A stretch of 64,000 nucleotides of DNA from the NCBI GenBank assembly GCA_044226545.1, contig JBGAGW010000009.1, positions 24,438-88,437 on the forward strand. The letters run 5' to 3'. The stretch is from Limisphaerales bacterium. Lineage in GTDB: Bacteria; Verrucomicrobiota; Verrucomicrobiia; Limisphaerales; SXQI01. This document shows positions 26,985-35,670 of this stretch, in pieces; the stretch's first letter is position 1, and the number at the start of each line of letters is the position of its first letter. The notes under the pieces are model-generated. The model saw only the letters and a list, made by a program, of their open reading frames with translations, was not told the origin of the DNA and ran no database searches. The translations under genes and the position numbers were made by a program.

Positions 26985-29630
26985 ATGAGAGCGTCCCCGG
27001 TTCTGTTTGTTCTAGTGTGTCTCGCAGTTCTGCGCTCCATTCCCGGCGCGGAGGAGGAGCGGTTCGGCCTGGAACGGCGTGTTCCCTGGATCACCTCCCG
27101 CGTCATCGGCTCACCGGAACCGCCTCTTCCGTTCACCACGGAACGTTTCTACACAAACTTGGCGGTGCGGAATCCGATGTTCTTGGCTCCAGAGCCAGGA
27201 GCTGAATCGCTCCTACTCGTGTTGCAAGGGGGCGAGAAGGAGCGTCCCTCCAGGGTTTTGCGCGTGCGTGATGAAGCTTCGGCTGATGAAACGGAAGCGT
27301 TCCTCGTGATGACAAACCGGTTGATCTACAGCGTGGAATTCCATCCAGGTTATCGCACGAACGGATGGCTGTTTGTCTTCAGCAACGGTCCCACTCCCGA
27401 ACAGGAGCGAACCAATCGGATTTCGCGTTTTACCGTGGACCGCATGCCTCCCTACCATTGCGATTCTGCATCCGAAGTGACGATCTTGGAATGGCATTCT
27501 CAGGGGCACGACGGCGGAGGAATTGTTTTTGGGAACGACGGCATGCTCTACATTTCAACGGGAGACGGAACGAGTGATTCCGATGGCTGGAATTCAGGCC
27601 AGACACTGGACGACCTGCTCGGCAGCGTGTTGCGCATCGATGTGGAGCATCCGCAAGGCACGAAAAGTTACTCCGTCCCGCTTGATAATCCCTTCGTGAA
27701 AACTTTCGGGGCGCGACCGGAGATTTGGGCCTACGGCCTGCGGAACCCGTGGCGCATGACCATTGATCGCAAAAGGGGCCACCTTTGGGTCGGCATCAAC
27801 GGACAGGACTTGTGGGAGACAGCGCAGTTGGTGCGCCGCGGCGAAAATTATGGATGGAGTGTCTATGAAGGAAGTCACCCGTTTTATTTGAATCGCAAGC
27901 GCGGCCCGACGCCCATTGTCGCCCCTACCATCGAGCATCCGCATTCCGAGATGAGATCGTTAACGGGCGGCATCGTCTACGATGGCGATGAATTTCCGGA
28001 ATTGGAGGGCGCTTACATCTATGGCGATCACTCGACGGGTCAGATCTGGGGCGCAAAACACGATGGCACGACAGTAACCTGGCACAAAAAACTCGCACAA
28101 ACCACACACCAGATCGCCGCGTTTTGTCAGGACGCGCGGGGGCGAGTTCTGATCGTGGATTACGGTGGCGGAATTTACCGGTTGGCCCGAGCCCCGAAAG
28201 AAGATCACCTCGCGGAATTTCCAAGGAAACTCAGCGAAACCGGCATTTTTCTCTCGACGCGCGAAAATCAAATCGCGCCTGGAATTATTCCCTTTTCCGT
28301 GAATGCGCCCGGGTGGGCGGACGGCGCCGAAGCCGAGCGCTTTGTTGGCCTGCCAAATGACACGCGAATTGGACGTACGCGTTCGGGGGGATGGAATTTC
28401 ACCAACGGTGCTGTTGTTCTTCAGACTCTGTCGCTGGAGAAGCGTCCGGGTGATCCGACTACTCGTCGCCGGATCGAGAGCCGAATATTGACCTACCAAA
28501 GCGGGCAGTGGGCGGGTTATTCATATCGGTGGAATGAAGAACAATCGGACGCCACTCTGGTTCCAGCGAGCGGAGACGAAATACGACTAAGCAGCGACCG
28601 TGTCTGGCGCTTTCCCAGTCGTGATGAATGCATGGGCTGTCACAGCCGGGCGGCAAATTTCGTCCTGGGATTGAGCGACGTGCAGATGGATCGAACGCAC
28701 GATTACGGTGGCGTGGACGCTAATCAGATCCGCACCTTCGAGCATATCGGTCTCTTCAAGGAAACGCAGGAGAAGGGGCGCCGGCGCAGCGGCAAACTGG
28801 TCAACCCATACGAGACGAACGAATCGCCCGAGATACGGGCCCGCTCTTATCTGCATGTGAATTGTTCGGTCTGTCACGTCGAGGCAGGCGGCGGAAATTC
28901 GAAAATGGAGTTGGCCGTTGCAACCCCGCTTGATCGAATGAATTTGATCGAGGCGCGCCCGCAGCATGACACTTTTGCAATCGCAAATGCGATGCTGGTT
29001 GCGCCCGGCCATCCGGAAAATTCCGTGCTCTTCCAACGCATCAGTCGCCGCGGGCAGGGACAGATGCCGCCGGTTGCAACCAAAACAGTGGACCAACAGG
29101 CCGTCGCGTTGTTCCGCGAATGGATTTCCGGGATGAATTCCAAACAACAGTTCGTGAAGGATTGGCAAATGGACGATTTTCTGCCGTTTTTGGGCCAGAT
29201 CGCTGAGGGTCGTTCGCGCGAGAGCGGAAAAAATGTCTTCCAGCAGGCGGGCTGTGCGCAATGTCATCGTTTTGCAGGAAATGGCGGGACTGTCGGGCCC
29301 GATCTCGAAGGTGTCGGCAAACGTTTGACGGCAGCCCAAGTGCTGGAATCGATCCTTTTGCCATCCAAAGTCATTGCCGAGGGCTACGCGAGCCACGAAA
29401 TCGAAACGACAGATGGCGAATCGTTCACGGGTTCCATTGAACGCGAGGACGGCGAGGCAATTGTCTTACGCCCGCTTTCTGCACTTCAAACCGCCGTGAC
29501 AATTCCCAAAAAGCAGATCGCCCGCCGCACGTTATCGAATCTTTCCAATATGCCTGCAGGGATTGCGAATTCGCTCAGTCAGGAGCAGATCCTTGATTTG
29601 GTCGCGTACCTAAGTTCGAGCGGAAAGTGA
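26985..29630 (+). CDS. Glucose/sorbosone dehydrogenase-type propeller fused to c-type cytochrome domains
   Basis: GLRNPWR, NYGW..YEG; three CxxCH motifs (CMGCH, CSVCH, CAQCH); GPDL. Confidence 0.9.
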   Translation: MRASPVLFVLVCLAVLRSIPGAEEERFGLERRVPWITSRVIGSPEPPLPFTTERFYTNLAVRNPMFLAPEPGAESLLLVLQGGEKERPSRVLRVRDEASADETEAFLVMTNRLIYSVEFHPGYRTNGWLFVFSNGPTPEQERTNRISRFTVDRMPPYHCDSASEVTILEWHSQGHDGGGIVFGNDGMLYISTGDGTSDSDGWNSGQTLDDLLGSVLRIDVEHPQGTKSYSVPLDNPFVKTFGARPEIWAYGLRNPWRMTIDRKRGHLWVGINGQDLWETAQLVRRGENYGWSVYEGSHPFYLNRKRGPTPIVAPTIEHPHSEMRSLTGGIVYDGDEFPELEGAYIYGDHSTGQIWGAKHDGTTVTWHKKLAQTTHQIAAFCQDARGRVLIVDYGGGIYRLARAPKEDHLAEFPRKLSETGIFLSTRENQIAPGIIPFSVNAPGWADGAEAERFVGLPNDTRIGRTRSGGWNFTNGAVVLQTLSLEKRPGDPTTRRRIESRILTYQSGQWAGYSYRWNEEQSDATLVPASGDEIRLSSDRVWRFPSRDECMGCHSRAANFVLGLSDVQMDRTHDYGGVDANQIRTFEHIGLFKETQEKGRRRSGKLVNPYETNESPEIRARSYLHVNCSVCHVEAGGGNSKMELAVATPLDRMNLIEARPQHDTFAIANAMLVAPGHPENSVLFQRISRRGQGQMPPVATKTVDQQAVALFREWISGMNSKQQFVKDWQMDDFLPFLGQIAEGRSRESGKNVFQQAGCAQCHRFAGNGGTVGPDLEGVGKRLTAAQVLESILLPSKVIAEGYASHEIETTDGESFTGSIEREDGEAIVLRPLSALQTAVTIPKKQIARRTLSNLSNMPAGIANSLSQEQILDLVAYLSSSGK

Positions 29631-29639
29631 AGGCCTGCG

Positions 29640-29851
29640 AACCCCAAGGGTTCACAGCCATTAGCCGGTGGTTGAGACCGCAAGGTCGATAACACCGGGC
29701 CGTTCGAAAAAAGACGTTCGCACCCCGAAGGCGGTGCCAGATTCACGAACGAGAATCTATCACCCCTCCAGGATGTTAAGATCATTAATCGTCAGACCAG
29801 TGGTGTCGCTGACGCGAAACCACTAGCTAATGGCTACGAACCCTCTGGGTT
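29640..29851. repeat. REPIN/MITE-like composite inverted repeat
   Basis: 34-bp terminal IRs (29640-29673 / 29818-29851, 28/34 match) with nested hairpins. Confidence 0.82.
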
Positions 29852-29932
29852 AGATCTACTGGTTGTCCGCCCGCTCCCTTCCCGAACTTAATCTGTGCGA
29901 ACCTCCACGACTTATGCTCTAGTGAGCTCGAA

Positions 29933-30184
29933 ATGAACGAAACGGAGCGGGAGATTTTGAAAGCGCTGAATGATTTGGACCGGATGGTGCAATCGATCAA
30001 AACGGCCAACCCGAAGCCAAACCTTCTGCCGCTTTTTGAGAAGCTCGAGGGCCTGACCTCTCGCCTGGGTCCCCAGGGTGATTCGTCGCTCCTCCACTAC
30101 CTGCACAAGAAGAGCTACGAGAAGGCGCGGCTTTATCTCGAAGGGCGTGATGCTGAAAACGCGCGCGGAGCTTGCCGTCATTAA
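29933..30184 (+). CDS. Small hypothetical protein upstream of mnmE
   Basis: 83 aa helical ORF ending 3 nt before mnmE; L.HYL.KKSYEKA. Confidence 0.75.
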   Translation: MNETEREILKALNDLDRMVQSIKTANPKPNLLPLFEKLEGLTSRLGPQGDSSLLHYLHKKSYEKARLYLEGRDAENARGACRH

Positions 30185-30187
30185 TCT

Positions 30188-31549
30188 ATGCTCGCCGACA
30201 CAATTGCGGCTATCTCTACTCCGATTGGTGAAGGTGGCCTTGCCGTCGTTCGCCTCTCCGGTGCGGGCGCCCTCGGCATAGCTTCACGCTGCTTCAAACC
30301 CCTTGGTGAGAACTCTTTTTCTCCAACCGAGGCTCAAACCCACACCCTCCATTACGGCAAAATTCATCGAGCCGGCAAAACCGTCGACGAAGTGATGATC
30401 GCTATCCTGCGTGCCCCTCGAACTTTTACGCGGGAAGACATGGTCGAGATCAGTTGTCATGGGGGAGTCCTTCCCGCGAAACTGGTGCTCGATGCTCTGC
30501 TTGAAGCGGGGGCGCGGCTTGCGGGTCCGGGAGAATTCACGAAGCGCGCATTTCTCAACGGACGGATCGATCTGGCTCAAGCCGAAGCCGTTGCCGATTT
30601 AATCCACGCGCGCACCGAACTGGCCCTCGACGCCGCCAACGAACAGCTCGCAGGCAAACTGTCGAGACGAATTGAAAAGCTGCGCGACGAGATGGTCCAA
30701 ACACTGGCACACATCGAGGCTCATATCGATTTTCCCGACGAAGATATCGCTCCGGACACGAAGGAAGCTCTGATCGCACGTCTTGAACGAGGGGTTGCGT
30801 TCATGGACGAACTCCTCCGCACTGCTACCGAAGGACAAATCCTCCGTCGTGGAATTCGCGCTGCGATCATAGGCCGGCCAAACGCAGGCAAGAGCAGTCT
30901 GTTGAATCAATTGCTTGGCCATGAACGCGCCATCGTCTCGCCCATCCCCGGAACCACTCGCGATACCATCGAAGAGACGGCGAATATTCGCGGCATTCCA
31001 GTTGTTTTCATCGATACTGCCGGCCTGCGCGAAGCCACCGATCAAATCGAAGCCGAAGGGATTCGTCGGAGCCATGAGAGCTTTGCGCGTGCCGAACTGG
31101 TGCTGCACGTCCTGGACGCTTCCGAGCCACTCGTTTCGCAGGATTGTGCCCGTTTCGATCAGCTCAAGGGAAGAAAGCACATCTTAGTCCTCAACAAAAT
31201 TGATCTCCCGCAAAAGCTTAAATTTGTCGATGCCGCGACAGTCGGTGTTTCATGCACGAGCGGGGCAGGAATCGAACAATTAAAGGACAGGATCAAAGAA
31301 ACCGTCTGGACCGGGGGCTTAGGCGGCGAAATGACGCAGGTGATGATCAACTCACGTCATCAGGAAGCGTTGCAGCGCGCGCGGCGCCACACTATACATT
31401 GTCTCGAGGCTTTCAAAACGGACCAAACGCTGGAATTGGTCGCGATGGACCTGCGGATCGCGGTCAATGCGGTCGGCGAGATCGTTGGCAAGACCACAAC
31501 CGAAGACATTCTCGATTCCATCTTCAGCCAGTTTTGTATCGGCAAGTAG
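30188..31549 (+). CDS. mnmE: tRNA modification GTPase MnmE
   Basis: DTIAAISTP, GEFTKRAFLNG, GRPNAGKSS, DTAG, NKID, FCIGK. Confidence 0.98.
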   Translation: MLADTIAAISTPIGEGGLAVVRLSGAGALGIASRCFKPLGENSFSPTEAQTHTLHYGKIHRAGKTVDEVMIAILRAPRTFTREDMVEISCHGGVLPAKLVLDALLEAGARLAGPGEFTKRAFLNGRIDLAQAEAVADLIHARTELALDAANEQLAGKLSRRIEKLRDEMVQTLAHIEAHIDFPDEDIAPDTKEALIARLERGVAFMDELLRTATEGQILRRGIRAAIIGRPNAGKSSLLNQLLGHERAIVSPIPGTTRDTIEETANIRGIPVVFIDTAGLREATDQIEAEGIRRSHESFARAELVLHVLDASEPLVSQDCARFDQLKGRKHILVLNKIDLPQKLKFVDAATVGVSCTSGAGIEQLKDRIKETVWTGGLGGEMTQVMINSRHQEALQRARRHTIHCLEAFKTDQTLELVAMDLRIAVNAVGEIVGKTTTEDILDSIFSQFCIGK

Positions 31550-31638
31550 CGTTTCGATTCTTGACCTCGGCGCTACTCAGCCCTAATCATCGGCGAAGCC
31601 TCACTGGATGCCCGCCTTGCCAGTGACTTTCGCAAATC

Positions 31639-32886
31639 ATGAAAAGAGCATTTCTTGTTTTCGCGTTTTTCCTGTTCACCATCACGCCCAGGGCCCACAA
31701 CGTCATCTGGTGGGAAAATCCGGACGGGCTTGAGGGGTTATTCGCGCCGCCCATTCAATTCGAAATTAACACTGATGATTTGTTTGAAGACGACCCCCCG
31801 TTTGTGGTCGTTCAGATTGTTCCTGATTACAGCTTTTTTGGCCCAATCCCTTTTTACGAGCCGTGCACCGTCTATGTGACGGTGGATAAGCCGGATCCCC
31901 TTCTTGGCATTGATATCGTGCCAAATGGTGGATTTTTTGACTTGAAACTTCCGCTCCCAGGGATTTTGCCGGCACTGGAGGTCGATGTGGTCGTCTACTT
32001 GAAAGATTTGCCTCCGGACGGCAAACCGATTCACACTTTTATCAGCGGCGAGTGGCATGCGAGCGGCCAACCTGACCCGATGGAGTGTACCGCCACCAAT
32101 CCCAACCCATTTATCGTTCCCATCGATATTTCCCTGACCCCTTTGGCCTGGTTTATCGCCTTCTCTCAAGAAACCCAGACCGTGACCATCGACACAAAAA
32201 AGGAGGTCGCTTTACAATGTGCGGATAGTGTAAATGGCCCCTACATTAACATTGGAATGGGTCACCTCTTCTCGCTTCCTCTGGACGGCGTGACAAAGTT
32301 TTTTCGTGGCATAAAAAGAAGTGCAGGCGGTCTGGTTGGAACGATTACTGACCCCACAGGCAAACCACAAACCGGCGTAACCGTTGATTTGCCCGTCGGT
32401 GGCCGAAATACCGCCTCCGACACGAGCGGTCGCTACACCACGAAGCTGTTTCCTTTCGGCGACAGTATCGTCCAGTTTCTCAAAACAATTAAGATTCCCG
32501 ATGGGAACGGTGGAAACAGCACTAACATCGCGACCATCGATATTCTCGTGCCGACGATAAAATCCTACGGCACGCTGAACTTCAAAGTCGATTTCCAAGT
32601 GATCAAAATCCCCGATTGTCCCTGCACACCCTGGGCCTCGATCGGCTTCGGAACCCTCGATAATACCCAGACACCTATTTATTACTCAGGTGGCGCTAAC
32701 GGGGCCAAAGGCGCCGACTGTGGTCCCATCGATGTCACCGTCACGCCGCCGAACGGAAGGGCTTTCAAAATACGGCCGGGCTCCGGGAAACATCAGAACA
32801 CCGGCGCGAATCCAGCTCCGGGCGTATGGACTGTCACCACGACGGTTTGCGGCCAAAGCAAATCTGCGACCATCACATTCCCGTAA
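31639..32886 (+). CDS. Secreted multidomain hypothetical protein (carboxypeptidase-regulatory-like domain)
   Basis: Signal peptide; GTITDPTGKPQTGVTV..SDTSGRY; Cys-rich C-terminus. Confidence 0.75.
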   Translation: MKRAFLVFAFFLFTITPRAHNVIWWENPDGLEGLFAPPIQFEINTDDLFEDDPPFVVVQIVPDYSFFGPIPFYEPCTVYVTVDKPDPLLGIDIVPNGGFFDLKLPLPGILPALEVDVVVYLKDLPPDGKPIHTFISGEWHASGQPDPMECTATNPNPFIVPIDISLTPLAWFIAFSQETQTVTIDTKKEVALQCADSVNGPYINIGMGHLFSLPLDGVTKFFRGIKRSAGGLVGTITDPTGKPQTGVTVDLPVGGRNTASDTSGRYTTKLFPFGDSIVQFLKTIKIPDGNGGNSTNIATIDILVPTIKSYGTLNFKVDFQVIKIPDCPCTPWASIGFGTLDNTQTPIYYSGGANGAKGADCGPIDVTVTPPNGRAFKIRPGSGKHQNTGANPAPGVWTVTTTVCGQSKSATITFP

Positions 32887-32933
32887 GCTTGAAATTCTTG
32901 CGCGCATCCGCCAATAGGGAATGATGTTCGGGC

Positions 32934-33968
32934 ATGGCGTTGCGCGATTTTCCTGAACAGGAGCCGGTCGTTGGGCTTTTGCAAAAGAGCCTGACCGCGG
33001 GCCGGTTGGCGCATGCCTATCTCTTCAGCGGAGATGATCTCGGCGAGATGGAGGATCTCGCGCGCAATCTGACGAAAGTGCTGAACTGTTCGAATCCGCC
33101 ATCGCGCGCGCCAAATGGACAAGCGCTGGAATGTTGCGATGTCTGTCTGAATTGCCGGCGCATCGAGAGCGGTAATCATCCGGACGTTCAGTGGGTGCGG
33201 CCGGAATCAAAGTCGCGCGTGATCACGATTGAGCAGGTGCGCGATCTCATTCAGATCATTTCTCTCAAACCAACTGAAGCGGAATACAAAGTCGCGATCA
33301 TTTCCAGCGCCGATCGCCTGAACGTTCAGGCCGCCAACGCGTTTTTGAAAACGCTCGAAGAACCCCCGGCTCGCTCGGTCATTATTCTTCTCACCTGCGC
33401 ATTGGAGCAGGTGCTCGAAACAATCTTGTCGCGCTGCCTGCGTTTACATTTTGCCGGTGAACCCGGCGCAAAGCTGGATCCCTCAGCGCAGGAGTGGTTG
33501 CAGTCGCTTGCGGTCGCCGCCAGCCAACCGCAGAAAAGTTTGCTCGCGCGCTATCGATTGCTCGGGTTGATCACCGGACGTTTGGCTGAGATCAAAGAAA
33601 AGCTCGAAAAACAACTGGAGGCCGCATCACCTCTCTCCCGCTATCCCGACGCCGAGAAAGCGACGCAGGAAAAATGGGAGGCAGAGTTGAATGCCGCGGT
33701 TGAGGCGGAGTACCGGCGCAAGCGCGCGGAAGTGGTTCTCCTCTTGCAATGGTGGATGCGAGATATCTGGTTCGCGAGCCTGAAAATGGCCGATTCGATG
33801 TTCGCGCTTCCCCAGTTGCGCGAGGCCACCGCACAACTCGCGTCGCGTATTTCCGCTTCCGACGCCGCGGAGAATCTGACTCATCTCGAACGGCTGCAGC
33901 GCCAAATCTCGACCAACGTGCAGGAAGCCCTCGCCGTAGAGATCGGCCTTCTGAAACTTCGCCTGTGA
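32934..33968 (+). CDS. holB: DNA polymerase III delta' subunit
   Basis: HAYLF, Zn-binding Cys cluster, HPD, AANAFLKTLEEPP, TILSRC. Confidence 0.93.
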   Translation: MALRDFPEQEPVVGLLQKSLTAGRLAHAYLFSGDDLGEMEDLARNLTKVLNCSNPPSRAPNGQALECCDVCLNCRRIESGNHPDVQWVRPESKSRVITIEQVRDLIQIISLKPTEAEYKVAIISSADRLNVQAANAFLKTLEEPPARSVIILLTCALEQVLETILSRCLRLHFAGEPGAKLDPSAQEWLQSLAVAASQPQKSLLARYRLLGLITGRLAEIKEKLEKQLEAASPLSRYPDAEKATQEKWEAELNAAVEAEYRRKRAEVVLLLQWWMRDIWFASLKMADSMFALPQLREATAQLASRISASDAAENLTHLERLQRQISTNVQEALAVEIGLLKLRL

Positions 33969-35287
33969 AACCGCCGCGCAGGGAAAAACAAGTCGCGAGC
34001 GTCGCAACTCCGTCGACTGGCGAAAAAGTTTTCGCTGCGATTTGCGGGCTCTGGATCGGCCTGAGCTTCTTGAAATTCGGCAACCCAATCATCTTCGATC
34101 AGATGATCGAAGCGCCGAAAACCTGGGACGAGTTCGTCTTCACGCCGTGGCCGATTGCCTGGGGATATTTCCTGACCGTCGTGGTAATCATCGCGGCGAT
34201 TCCGAACTTGAAGATCCGCGTGAGCAAAGCGGATTGGCCAGTGGGTTTGTTCGGCTTTTGGTTGTTCTGGCAATTTCTCAGCAGTGGACGCTCGATCGAA
34301 CCAAATCTCTCCAACCCTACCCTGGTTCACTTCGTGACCTGCGGAATCGCGCTACTGGTCGGTTGGTGGGCTCTTTCTGCACTTCGGGCAAGCCGCTGGT
34401 TTTGGACGCCAATTCTGGCCTGCATGTTTTACGCGCTCTTCGCCGGATTTGATCAACACGCGGGGGGCCTGGAGGCAACGCGGAAAGCCTTCTACGCGCA
34501 GGCCAATTGGCAGCTCTACCCCAAGGAGTATCTCCTGAAGATCGAGAGCAACCGTATTTTCTCGACGCTTGTTTATCCAAACGCCTTTGCCGGGCTCATT
34601 CTCCTGCTGCTCCCCGCCGTTCTGTGGCAGGACTGGGAGGTAACGGAGCGCTGGCCTCGCGTGGTTCGTGGCGTGCTGATCGGTTTATTCGCTTACCTCG
34701 GTTTGGCGTGTCTCTACTGGACCGGCTCCAAAGGGGGATGGCTGATCGCACTGATTGTTGCCGCGGTTTTTGCGTTGCAGACAAACGTCTCACGCAAGCT
34801 GAAGATGGGATTGATCGCTCTCGGTCTCGTTCTCGGCCTCACTGCTTTCTTCCTCCGTTTCAGCACTTACTTCGAAAAAGGTGCGACCAGCGTGGGCGCT
34901 CGCTTTGAGTATTGGACCGCCGCAGCCAAAATTGTGCGAATGCATCCTGTCCTTGGCAGTGGTCCGGGCACATTCTCCAAACTCTTCAAAACCCTGAAAC
35001 CGCCGGAAGCGGAAATGGCCAAGCTGGTGCACAACGATTATCTGGAGCAAGCGAGCGACTCGGGAATTCCCGGCGGGCTCGCGTTCGCTGCCGCAATCTG
35101 TTCTCTGCTGGTCATCACAAAACGGAGCGCCTCGAGTCGCCTCGATTCATTGCTTTGGCTCGGACTTCTTGGCTGGGCACTCCAGGGCTTCATTGAATTC
35201 GGCCTCTACATTCCCGGGCTCGCCTGGCCCGCTTTTCTTTTTCTTGGCGCGCTCTACGGAGCCGTGGACCGCAGAAAAGCTTTTTAA
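33965..35287 (+). CDS. O-antigen ligase family membrane protein
   Basis: YPNAFAG, TGSKGG, R..YW, GSGPGTF, HNDYLE; GTG overlaps holB TGA. Confidence 0.88.
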   Translation: MKPPRREKQVASVATPSTGEKVFAAICGLWIGLSFLKFGNPIIFDQMIEAPKTWDEFVFTPWPIAWGYFLTVVVIIAAIPNLKIRVSKADWPVGLFGFWLFWQFLSSGRSIEPNLSNPTLVHFVTCGIALLVGWWALSALRASRWFWTPILACMFYALFAGFDQHAGGLEATRKAFYAQANWQLYPKEYLLKIESNRIFSTLVYPNAFAGLILLLLPAVLWQDWEVTERWPRVVRGVLIGLFAYLGLACLYWTGSKGGWLIALIVAAVFALQTNVSRKLKMGLIALGLVLGLTAFFLRFSTYFEKGATSVGARFEYWTAAAKIVRMHPVLGSGPGTFSKLFKTLKPPEAEMAKLVHNDYLEQASDSGIPGGLAFAAAICSLLVITKRSASSRLDSLLWLGLLGWALQGFIEFGLYIPGLAWPAFLFLGALYGAVDRRKAF

Positions 35288-35316
35288 TTTTCACGGCACA
35301 GCTATTGTCTGCGCCG

Positions 35317-35616
35317 ATGTTTTCGCACGTAGTAATTTTTTGGACTGATCCGGATGATGCGCGCTCGGCGGACAAGTTGATCGAAGGCGCGGAGAAGTAC
35401 CTCCGCCCCATTCAGGGAGTGAAGACTTTCCATATCGGCCGCATGGTGAAAAGTCACCGGCCGGTGGTGGAACAGAGCTACCAGGTGGCCTTGAATCTCA
35501 TCTTCGACACAAAGCAGGCGCAGGATGATTACCAGGTGCATCCGATGCATGTGGAATTCGTTGAGAAGGTTTTCAAGAAGGTCTGCAAGCGGTGCGTGGT
35601 CTACGATTTCGAGTAA
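35317..35616 (+). CDS. Dabb (stress-responsive A/B barrel) protein
   Basis: HVVIFW, YQVHPMH..F, VYDFE. Confidence 0.9.
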   Translation: MFSHVVIFWTDPDDARSADKLIEGAEKYLRPIQGVKTFHIGRMVKSHRPVVEQSYQVALNLIFDTKQAQDDYQVHPMHVEFVEKVFKKVCKRCVVYDFE

Positions 35617-35628
35617 TCCTTGTACAAG

Positions 35629-35652
35629 AAAAAGGCGGCGCGAAGCCGCCTT
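35629..35652. terminator. Terminator between convergent Dabb and S8 genes
   Basis: AAGGCGGC/GCCGCCTT stem with an A-run on the left (U-tail for the minus strand). Confidence 0.7.
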
Positions 35653-35670
35653 GCCTTTAGCGTGATGGAA

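Noticed and set aside
32807-32819. 13-nt match (CGAATCCAGCTCC) to the tRNA-Tyr T-arm as a possible att site
   Set aside because: It lies inside a CDS, on the upstream side of the tRNA, and would enclose core genes such as holB; likely chance.
33749-33964. N-terminal extensions in the ORF track (also 22319-22486, 26888-27139, 40963-41073, 54931-55113, 57223-57366)
   Set aside because: They overlap neighbouring genes or promoters; downstream starts fit signal peptides, RBSs or translational coupling better.
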